DNA of 63,855 bases, counting the filler, from NCBI GenBank assembly GCA_964501035.1. It is 4 parts of 4 records of this genome, joined end to end, with 100 filler letters (N's around TTAATTAATTAA, not from the genome) between each part and the next. Parts side by side here need not be neighbours in the genome. Positions count along the whole stretch, not along the records: positions 1 to 19,085 come from CAZCRK010000027.1; 3 more parts are not named here. One strand, written 5' to 3'. Below the pieces are notes generated by a model, which ran no database searches, had not been told where the DNA came from, and worked only from the letters and a program-made list of their open reading frames with translations. Both the position numbers and the translations under genes were made by a program. Within the stretch, counting starts at the first letter, position 1; every line of letters begins with the position of its first letter. Below, piece after piece: positions 1-8,381 of the stretch.

Positions 1-245
1 CAAACATATCTTTTATTATTTTTAATGATATTGAAAATCATGAAAAATCTTTAGGCGATGTGGTTTATTCTGATAAAACGAATAGCTGGACAGGTTATGA
101 TATCACATTTAATTTATCAAGTGAAGCACAATTCTCCATCTTCTATGGTTCACAAAAGGGTGGGAGAGTATGTGCCAATGGGGTATGTGCAGACCAACCA
201 GGGTTTGAAGATGGATTTAAATTAACTTATAGAAGTATTTTTTAA
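1..245 (+). CDS. 3' end of a DUF6029-like outer-membrane beta-barrel protein (5' truncated by window edge)
   Basis: Frame is open from nt 3. C-terminus GSQKGGRVCANGVCADQPGFEDGFKLTYRSIF matches the GGxxCxxGVC...F ending I recall for DUF6029; terminal Phe is typical of barrels. Confidence 0.6.
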   Translation, partial: NISFIIFNDIENHEKSLGDVVYSDKTNSWTGYDITFNLSSEAQFSIFYGSQKGGRVCANGVCADQPGFEDGFKLTYRSIF

Positions 246-353
246 ATTGTTACAAATTGAAATAACTTAGTGAAGATGAAATGTTGTAAATTCGTTTTCG
301 AATTAGAAGACTTTACTTCACTATAATGCAAATAACTTAAAACGGAGCGAGGA

Positions 354-1865
354 ATGAAAACTATTTTAACAAGTATGATTATGATTACAATGATATGTGC
401 ATCCACATATAATGTGGGTGATACGATGTCAGAAAGTCATCAAAATTTAAGTTTTGATGTTTGTTATGGAAATTATGAAGGCGGTGATGAAGCATCATTT
501 GCAGATTTTAATGGAGAACTAAACGGTGGGAACTACAAAGTGACTTGGGTAGAATTATCTGCGAGTTGGTGTGAACCATGTTGGGATGCAATACCAATAA
601 TTGATAATATTACTGCACAGTGGGAAGATGATGAAAATGTGGCTATGGTAACAGTATTAGATGACATTGGTCAGCCATATTCGTGTACACAATGGGGTAA
701 TGCTGGCACAGTTGGCATTCCAATCATTCTTGATGATGGAAGTGGCTACACAATTTTTAATTGGTTTGAATCACAATCTGCGTTTCCTAGCAATGCATTT
801 ATTGACCATACGATGACTGTACATTATAAAACAAATAATATTGGTACTTACATAGCAAACCTAAAAATTCAAGAAATGATTGATGACTGTGACGAAGCAG
901 GTTTATGCAATAACGTAGATATGGATAGTGATGGAATTGAAAATGATGTTGATAATTGTCCCAATGATGCAAATACAGATCAAGCTGACCTTGATGAAGA
1001 TGGGTTAGGGGATGTTTGCGATGATTGTCATAATTTAAATGGTGACTTGAATGATGATACTATTCTAAATATTTTAGATATTGTAAGTGTAGTAAATATG
1101 ATTTTATCAGGTGGTGCAAATTCACCTGATTTTAATGATTGTCAAAAAGAAGATGCAGATATGGACAATAATAGTATTGTTAATATTTTAGATGTGATAC
1201 AAATTATTAACCAAATTGTTGGTATGTCACGTGTTGCAGAATTAACAGATTTAAATGCAGATGTTATATTCCACCAAGCAGGTGATGACCTAGTTGTTTC
1301 CATTGAATCAAACTCTAATATAGCAGGTATTGAATTTGCACTATTAGGTGATTATGCAAATACATTTGATTTAAAAGATAACTCACATATTACTGTTGAA
1401 TCTTCATCTATTAATGGTATTACTCACATGCTAGCATATTCTTTGTTTAATCAAGCATTTGATAGCCATACAGTTGAGTTTACAATAAAAGGCGCAGGAT
1501 ACTTAAATAGTGAAGATATAATGGTTACCGTGGGTTCACAAAATGGTGACGCATTTACACTTACACTTGCTGATGAAGATGGTATATATCAAAATGGACC
1601 TGATACATTTACACTATCAAGTGTGTATCCAAATCCATTTAATCCATCAACAGAGATAGAATTTACACTTCCATCTGATGGATATGTACGATTATCAGCA
1701 TATAATGTAATGGGACAAGAGATGTCTGTTATTTATGATGGTTTCCAATCCATTGGAACCCATTCATATACATGGAATGCATCTGAATTACCATCCGGAG
1801 TATATTATATTCGACTCTTATCTGGTAACCGAGTTGAAACTACTAAAGCTATTTTAATGAAATAA
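354..1865 (+). CDS. Secreted thioredoxin-fold (TlpA/AhpC-TSA-like, WCEPC) protein with TSP3-like repeats, dockerin, cohesin-like domain and C-terminal sorting domain
   Basis: Signal peptide; SASWCEPCW; AFP cis-Pro region; DxDxDG..NCP...DxDxDGLGDVCD repeats; GDLNDDTILNILDIV / ADMDNNSIVNILDVI dockerin pair; YPNPFNPSTEI...SGVYYIRL...KAILMK. Confidence 0.85.
   Translation: MKTILTSMIMITMICASTYNVGDTMSESHQNLSFDVCYGNYEGGDEASFADFNGELNGGNYKVTWVELSASWCEPCWDAIPIIDNITAQWEDDENVAMVTVLDDIGQPYSCTQWGNAGTVGIPIILDDGSGYTIFNWFESQSAFPSNAFIDHTMTVHYKTNNIGTYIANLKIQEMIDDCDEAGLCNNVDMDSDGIENDVDNCPNDANTDQADLDEDGLGDVCDDCHNLNGDLNDDTILNILDIVSVVNMILSGGANSPDFNDCQKEDADMDNNSIVNILDVIQIINQIVGMSRVAELTDLNADVIFHQAGDDLVVSIESNSNIAGIEFALLGDYANTFDLKDNSHITVESSSINGITHMLAYSLFNQAFDSHTVEFTIKGAGYLNSEDIMVTVGSQNGDAFTLTLADEDGIYQNGPDTFTLSSVYPNPFNPSTEIEFTLPSDGYVRLSAYNVMGQEMSVIYDGFQSIGTHSYTWNASELPSGVYYIRLLSGNRVETTKAILMK
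1179..1861 (+). repeat. 683-bp direct repeat, copy 1 (3' part of gene 354-1865)
   Basis: Appears identical by eye to 2764-3446 (offset 1585); the encoded peptides are identical. Confidence 0.9.
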
Positions 1866-1896
1866 AGGGTATTATCCCTTTAAAAAGGAGCACAAA

Positions 1897-3450
1897 ATGA
1901 ATAGACTATTTTTAATATTATTATTAGTTTGTGGGCTTTCAGCTCAAACCTATGATGTGGGCGAAATCATAAGTCAAAACCATCAAAATACTGAGTTTGA
2001 TGTTTGCTATGGTGAATATGAAAGTGATGTATTTCATTTAGCAGATTTAAATGGAGCAACAAATGGTGGTAATTACCATATCATATTTATTGATATGGCA
2101 GCTACATGGTGAGGCCCTTGCTATCAGGACATCAGTTCGATGGACTCACATGTAGAACACTGGCAAGATAATGAAAATGTACAATTTTTTGTAGCTCTAG
2201 CAGATATTGGTCAACCATATACTTGTCAACAATGGGGGGATGCAGGTCAAGTTGGTTCACCACTTATTTTAGATGATGATCCAGGTACGTTTTTTAACTG
2301 GGTACATGACTCTTGGAATGCATATCCAACTTATGCTGTAATTGACCACAATATGCGAGTGAGAGTTAAGCCTTGGACATATACAAGTAATTCAAATACC
2401 AATGAGTGCTATAATATTAATGGCTGCTCTGGTGGAAATACTGACAATTTCATTCAACAACTTGTTGATGAATGTGAAGCAGAAGGGCTCTGTGGAAATG
2501 TTGATAGTGACCAAGATGGTTTGAATGCTGATGAAGATAATTGTCCTCAGGATTATAATCCCGGTCAAGAAGATGATGATTTGGATGGTATTGGAGATGT
2601 ATGTGATGATTGCCACAACATGAATGGTGACTTAAATGATGATACTATTCTAAATATTTTAGATATTGTGAGTGTTGTTAATATGATTTTGACTGGCGGT
2701 TCAAATTCACCTGATTTTAATGATTGTGAAAAGGGTGATGCAGACTATGATGGAAATGGAATGGTTAATATTTTAGATGTGATACAAATTATTAACCAAA
2801 TTGTTGGTATGTCACGTGTTGCAGAATTAACAGATTTAAATGCAGATGTTATATTCCACCAAGCAGGTGATGACCTAGTTGTTTCCATTGAATCAAACTC
2901 TAATATAGCAGGTATTGAATTTGCACTATTAGGTGATTATGCAAATACATTTGATTTAAAAGATAACTCACATATTACTGTTGAATCTTCATCTATTAAT
3001 GGTATTACTCACATGCTAGCATATTCTTTGTTTAATCAAGCATTTGATAGCCATACAGTTGAGTTTACAATAAAAGGCGCAGGATACTTAAATAGTGAAG
3101 ATATAATGGTTACCGTGGGTTCACAAAATGGTGACGCATTTACACTTACACTTGCTGATGAAGATGGTATATATCAAAATGGACCTGATACATTTACACT
3201 ATCAAGTGTGTATCCAAATCCATTTAATCCATCAACAGAGATAGAATTTACACTTCCATCTGATGGATATGTACGATTATCAGCATATAATGTAATGGGA
3301 CAAGAGATGTCTGTTATTTATGATGGTTTCCAATCCATTGGAACCCATTCATATACATGGAATGCATCTGAATTACCATCCGGAGTATATTATATTCGAC
3401 TCTTATCTGGTAACCGAGTTGAAACTACTAAAGCTATTTTAATGAAGTAG
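1897..3450 (+). CDS. Predicted selenoprotein: paralog of 354-1865 with a WUGPC motif (TGA 2110-2112 read as Sec72), 517 aa
   Basis: ORFs 1897-2112 and 2140-3450 are in the same frame, separated only by the TGA. Readthrough gives MAATW-U-GPCYQDISSM, colinear with LSASW-C-EPCWDAIPII of the upstream paralog. SD AAGGAG and signal peptide at 1897. Confidence 0.85.
2113..2155 (+). promoter_or_regulatory. Candidate bacterial SECIS element
   Basis: Stem CATC(2130-2133)/GATG(2139-2142) with loop AGTTC (G at loop position 2), loop starting about 21 nt after the TGA; extended by AG/CT and CTAT/GTAG pairings. Confidence 0.5.
2764..3446 (+). repeat. 683-bp direct repeat, copy 2 (3' part of gene 1897-3450)
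   Basis: Appears identical to 1179-1861. Confidence 0.9.
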
Positions 3451-3471
3451 ATGTTTTATGTACTTGATAGT

Positions 3472-3501
3472 AAAAAAGGGAGATGACCATCTCCCTTTTT
3501 T
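3472..3501. terminator. Rho-independent terminator
   Basis: AAAAAAGGGAGATG-AC-CATCTCCCTTTTTT. Confidence 0.85.
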
Positions 3502-3571
3502 ATTATATCAATCTTTTGGAAACATAAAATAAGGTTTTTTGTTAGAGTATAATGAAGATTAAATTTCGAAT

Positions 3572-4408
3572 ATGATTCATCGGTTATTCATAGTATTCTT
3601 ATTAGTATTTTCATCTGTTTTATTTGCTCAATTTGAGAACGTATCTGTTCAATTAGATTTGAAGCAAATTCGAGAAAATGATAAGTATATTATTAATACA
3701 TTTGCTGATGAAGTACAGAACTACATTTTGACAAGTCCATTTGCACCAGGTGCAGAAGATTTAGGTATCAACATAAATATACATTTTGTTTTTGAATCCA
3801 TTGAAGATAATAGTAATAACCATATTGTAAATGCCCAAGTATTAATTACTAACAGTTTAGATTTAAATTATTTTACAAAAGGGGTTGAATTCCCATTTTC
3901 AAATGGGCAATCGATGTTTTATTCAATAACATTTGATCCCATAGCATCTTTTTTGGATTATTATGCTTATATATTCATTGCAAATGAATTAGATACATAT
4001 GATTATTTAGGTGGTGAACAGTACTTTTCATTAGCAGAAGAAATCGCTTCTGAAGGCAAAAGTTCTACATATTCACGAAGTTGGGATGACCGTTGGAAAA
4101 AAGTAAGAAAAATTCGCAGAAATCAACATCTACGAAGCGTTAAATATCATTACTTTACTGCTTTGGACAATTACACTTCTGAAAATATGAATATGGAAAA
4201 TTTTCAAGCATCAATCGATGAGTTTTACATCAGTTTACAAGATATTGATAACGATTATGGTCAAGATAGATTTACGATATATTTTTTAAAAGCATATACT
4301 TCAGAAGTTTGTGAGTTAGTTTCCTTTATAAACAGAAAAGAAATTTTTCATTTTTTAATTAATTTTGATGAAGAAAATAAATCTATTTATCAAAAGTATT
4401 TAAAATAG
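3572..4408 (+). CDS. DUF4835 family protein (PorD-like, T9SS-associated)
   Basis: Signal peptide; motif IASFLDYYAYIFIANELDTYDYLGGEQYF..A..I followed by W..RW, resembling DUF4835. Confidence 0.6.
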   Translation: MIHRLFIVFLLVFSSVLFAQFENVSVQLDLKQIRENDKYIINTFADEVQNYILTSPFAPGAEDLGININIHFVFESIEDNSNNHIVNAQVLITNSLDLNYFTKGVEFPFSNGQSMFYSITFDPIASFLDYYAYIFIANELDTYDYLGGEQYFSLAEEIASEGKSSTYSRSWDDRWKKVRKIRRNQHLRSVKYHYFTALDNYTSENMNMENFQASIDEFYISLQDIDNDYGQDRFTIYFLKAYTSEVCELVSFINRKEIFHFLINFDEENKSIYQKYLK

Positions 4409-4411
4409 GTT

Positions 4412-5614
4412 ATGACCCAAACAATTCGTTTTATACTTCTTTTATTTTTAGTATTTTCTTTTGTGAATTCACAAAAATCTTCCACTGAAATTCAAAAAGA
4501 TATCGACAAGCAAAACAAAGAGTTAAAACAAATTCGGAATGAAATAAACTCGATGGAAAAACAAATTATTTCCAAGACCAAAGAAGCAATTTCAGCAACT
4601 GAGATATTGATTGACATAGAGAATAAAATATCGTTAACCGAAAAGCTTATACGCTCTCTAAATCGCGAAGAAAGATACATATCTGAAAAAATATTCCATA
4701 CAGAAAATAACATAAATGAAAAAGAAAAGTATTTGGATGAACTAAGGAATCAACTCACTAAACGAATGACTCATATTTATAAAGCAGGAAGACCTTCGCC
4801 CTTGCAAACTGTTGTTCTATCTAAAAATTGGAATGAAGCCATTTATAAGGTTAAATATTTAGAAGTTCTTACAGACTATGAAACTAAAATTAGAAGTGAG
4901 ATTAGTAAAATTATAAATGAATTGCAGGATGAAAAACATCAATTAGAAAGTGAGTTAACTCGCAAAACTAATATAAAGAATGAAAAACAAATTGAAAGTT
5001 CTAATTTAGAAAATGACAAAACTACTCGAAAAAAATACATTAGTAAAATAAAAGACCAGAAAACTAAGCTTGAATCAGAAGTTAAACAGAAAAAAGAAAT
5101 GATGGCTCAAATAGAATCACTAATAAATAAGTTATTTTCTGATAAAGAAGCTTCTAAGAAAAGAGAGGAAGAATTAGCACGTATTAGAGCCATACAAAAT
5201 TTAGCAACATCAGGAAACTTTGCTAAAATGAAGGGCAAACTTCCATGGCCTGTTAGTGGAAAAATTATTTCAAAGTTTGGACTACAACGTAATCCTGAAT
5301 TAAAAACTGAAACTGAAAATTCAGGTATTGATATTGAATGTAACGCAGGTAAAAATGTAGTTTCAGTATTAGATGGGGTTGTAAGTACAATTACATTTAT
5401 ACGCGGTTATGGAAACATTATTATTGTTGATCATGGAGGAAGTTATAGTACTGTTTATGCTCACGTAGATGAAATAGTTGTACGTGAGAATGAATATGTG
5501 CAAGCTGGTAAAAATATAGCCCAAATTAGTGGATCAGGTGTATCGTATTTACATTTTGAAGTGTGGGGAAATCAGAAAAAATTAAATCCACAAGTTTGGT
5601 TAACTAGTAAATGA
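4412..5614 (+). CDS. envC: EnvC-like murein hydrolase activator (coiled coil + M23 domain)
   Basis: Long coiled coil, KGKLPWPVSG, GYGNIIIVDHG, LHFEV. Confidence 0.8.
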   Translation: MTQTIRFILLLFLVFSFVNSQKSSTEIQKDIDKQNKELKQIRNEINSMEKQIISKTKEAISATEILIDIENKISLTEKLIRSLNREERYISEKIFHTENNINEKEKYLDELRNQLTKRMTHIYKAGRPSPLQTVVLSKNWNEAIYKVKYLEVLTDYETKIRSEISKIINELQDEKHQLESELTRKTNIKNEKQIESSNLENDKTTRKKYISKIKDQKTKLESEVKQKKEMMAQIESLINKLFSDKEASKKREEELARIRAIQNLATSGNFAKMKGKLPWPVSGKIISKFGLQRNPELKTETENSGIDIECNAGKNVVSVLDGVVSTITFIRGYGNIIIVDHGGSYSTVYAHVDEIVVRENEYVQAGKNIAQISGSGVSYLHFEVWGNQKKLNPQVWLTSK

Positions 5615-6789
5615 TTTATTCTGATTTAATTCAATATAAAAATATTTGGGAAAGATTTTCACGAGCATTCTCGCAAGATAAAATGCCACATGCACTATTA
5701 TTGCATGGTCCAACCGGGGTTGGAAAAGAGGCAATCGCAATTGAACTTGCAGGATTATTAAATTGCTCGAATCTACAAAATGAATACGCATGTGGTTTGT
5801 GTAGTTCGTGCAAGAGGATTCGAACATTTCAACATGAAAATGTAAAACTTGTAGTTCCTCTTCCGAGAAATAAAAAATTAAGTAACAAAGATTCTTCACC
5901 ATTAAATGGCTTAACAACAAATTCACTTACAATGTTGCAAGAACAAATGAAATTAAAAGGTGAACAACCTTATTCAAGAATAAAATTACCACAATCCAAT
6001 ACGATACTTATAAACTCAATACGTGAGATTAGAAAAAATATTACAATGAGTATTGCCGATAAAGGATGGCAGGTTTTCTTGATTTTTGATGCAGAGTTTC
6101 TATGCATTCCGAATGATACTTCAGCAAATGCTTTGTTGAAAATATTGGAAGAACCCCCTGAAAAAACAATTTTTATTTTAGTTACAAGTGATGTTTCAAC
6201 AATGTTAGATACGATACGTTCTAGATGTCAACAAGTGTACTTTCCACCTTTGAAATCAAACCTTATTGCTTCATTTCTAGAAAGTAATGGTTATGAGAGT
6301 AAAATTTCAAGTATTGCATCCAGAATTTCCAACGGGGATGTTAGAATAGCTCAATCTATTGCAAAATCACCTGACGATTTAAATGAAAATTTAAAAGTGT
6401 TCATAAATGCTGTTTTTTCTACTGATGCTGTACATTGGCAAAAATTGTCAGATTATCTAGGAAACTTGAAACGGAAAAATATAGATGATTTTATTGCTTT
6501 TTTCAGAACATCAGAATATTTTATGAGAGATTTGCTTGTGTTCTCCTCATCAGAAGAAACATCAAATCTAGTTTATCTACATTATGTAACTCAAATTGAA
6601 AAAATTGCTTCAAATTATCCCAATGCTGATTGGCATTCTTGTATTCAGATACTTGAAAATTCGGTTGAACATGTAAAAAGAAATGGATATCTACCACTTA
6701 TGATATCCTCAATGTTAATTGAATTACAAACCAGTCTAAATGGTATACAGTCTAAAACATTTGATTTACACGAATGGCTGGCTTCTTAG
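5611..6789 (+). CDS. holB: DNA polymerase III subunit delta'
   Basis: HALLLHGPTGVGK, CGLCSSC, ANALLKILEEPP, TIRSRC. Confidence 0.9.
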   Translation: MIYSDLIQYKNIWERFSRAFSQDKMPHALLLHGPTGVGKEAIAIELAGLLNCSNLQNEYACGLCSSCKRIRTFQHENVKLVVPLPRNKKLSNKDSSPLNGLTTNSLTMLQEQMKLKGEQPYSRIKLPQSNTILINSIREIRKNITMSIADKGWQVFLIFDAEFLCIPNDTSANALLKILEEPPEKTIFILVTSDVSTMLDTIRSRCQQVYFPPLKSNLIASFLESNGYESKISSIASRISNGDVRIAQSIAKSPDDLNENLKVFINAVFSTDAVHWQKLSDYLGNLKRKNIDDFIAFFRTSEYFMRDLLVFSSSEETSNLVYLHYVTQIEKIASNYPNADWHSCIQILENSVEHVKRNGYLPLMISSMLIELQTSLNGIQSKTFDLHEWLAS

Positions 6790-6863
6790 TTATTGGCAAA
6801 TATATTACATTTAAATTCATGTTAAAATAGTTCTAAATTTGCAAACTCTATTCGAAGGGAAAT

Positions 6864-8381
6864 ATGACTAAATTCTATGTAACAACACCACTATATTATG
6901 TTAATGATGAACCACACATAGGGCATGCTTATACAACCATTTTAGCAGATGTGTTATCGCGATTTCATCGTTCAAAAGGTGATGATGTTCATTTTTTAAC
7001 AGGTACAGATGAACACGGTCAAAAGGTTCAAGAAGCATCAGAAAGAAGACATGTTACACCCCAAATTCATGTTGATGAATATGTTAAGCGATTCCAAGAA
7101 CTGTGGAAAAAGTTGCATATTCAAAATGATGACTTTATCCGTACAACAGAACCTAGGCACACCAATCGAGTGAAAGAACTTTTAATATCTCTATGGGAAA
7201 AAGGTGAAATTTATGCGGATGAATATGAAGGTTTATATTCAGTCTCAGAAGAAAGATTTGTAACTGAAAAGGAAGTAGAAGAAGGCAGTTTTAGAGGAAT
7301 AAAGAAATTAAAAGAGCGAAATTATTTCTTTAAAATGTCAAACTATCAAGATGCTCTAATTGAACATATCAATACAAATCCAGAATTCATAAAACCAACA
7401 ACACGTAAAAATGAGATATTAGGGTTTCTTAAAAAACCATTAAATGATTTATGTATATCACGCCCAAAATCACGACTAAACTGGGGAATCGAGATTCCAT
7501 TTGATAAAGACTATGTAACCTATGTTTGGTTCGATGCATTATTAAATTATATTACAGCTATTGGGTGGGGAAAAGATGATAAACAGTTTAGACATTATTG
7601 GCCCGCAAACTATCATTTGATTGGCAAGGATATTTTAACTACTCATGCAGTGTATTGGCCTACAATGCTGTTAGCATCTGGAGTTCCTTTACCTAAAACT
7701 ATTTTCGCTCATGGGTGGTGGCTTCAGGAAGACACTAAAATGTCCAAATCAATCGGGAATGTTGTTAAACCACTCGATTTAATTGATGAATTTGGAGTTG
7801 ACCCCTTACGTTATTTTTTAATGAGAGATATGGTATTGGGCATGGATGCTAATTTTTCCATGGATAGTTTTGTTAAAAGATATAATTCTGATTTAGCAAA
7901 TGACTTTGGAAATCTAGTAAATCGGGTAACAATGTTGATAAAAAAACATTTTTCTGGTGAAGTTCCAAAACCAGGTACTTATTCAGAATTAGATATTGAG
8001 TTAATCAATAAGGCTAAATCAACACCTGTATTAGTGCATAAAAATATTGAAGAGTTAAAGATTCATGATGCATTGGAAAATACAATTTCTATGATACGAT
8101 TAGTAAATGCTTATTTAGAAAATAGAGCACCGTGGAAGCTAGTGAAGGAAAGTACAGAACAAGAAAGTCTAGCTGCAACAACTTTATATGTAGCTCTTGA
8201 GGTACTTCGAATAGGTTCTCAATTATTGCAACCTGTTATGCCCGAGAGGATACGCACTATTTTAGTTATTATTGGCGCAACAGATGTATCATTAACAAAA
8301 TTAAATTTTGGAATATTAAAACCTGGAACCAAACTTGGGGAAGGAAAGTCACCATTTCCAAGAATTCAAACAAAAAAATGA
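6864..8381 (+). CDS. metG: Methionyl-tRNA synthetase (short form)
   Basis: FYVTTPLYYVND.PHIGH, YVWFDAL, KMSKS. Confidence 0.97.
   Translation: MTKFYVTTPLYYVNDEPHIGHAYTTILADVLSRFHRSKGDDVHFLTGTDEHGQKVQEASERRHVTPQIHVDEYVKRFQELWKKLHIQNDDFIRTTEPRHTNRVKELLISLWEKGEIYADEYEGLYSVSEERFVTEKEVEEGSFRGIKKLKERNYFFKMSNYQDALIEHINTNPEFIKPTTRKNEILGFLKKPLNDLCISRPKSRLNWGIEIPFDKDYVTYVWFDALLNYITAIGWGKDDKQFRHYWPANYHLIGKDILTTHAVYWPTMLLASGVPLPKTIFAHGWWLQEDTKMSKSIGNVVKPLDLIDEFGVDPLRYFLMRDMVLGMDANFSMDSFVKRYNSDLANDFGNLVNRVTMLIKKHFSGEVPKPGTYSELDIELINKAKSTPVLVHKNIEELKIHDALENTISMIRLVNAYLENRAPWKLVKESTEQESLAATTLYVALEVLRIGSQLLQPVMPERIRTILVIIGATDVSLTKLNFGILKPGTKLGEGKSPFPRIQTKK

Noticed and set aside
2110..2112. Alternative genetic code (TGA = Trp or Gly)
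   Set aside because: TGA terminates many conserved genes at the expected positions, and this one aligns with a catalytic Cys.
2140..3450. 436-aa ORF as an independent gene
   Set aside because: No signal peptide, SD or active-site motif; it is the continuation of 1897-2112.
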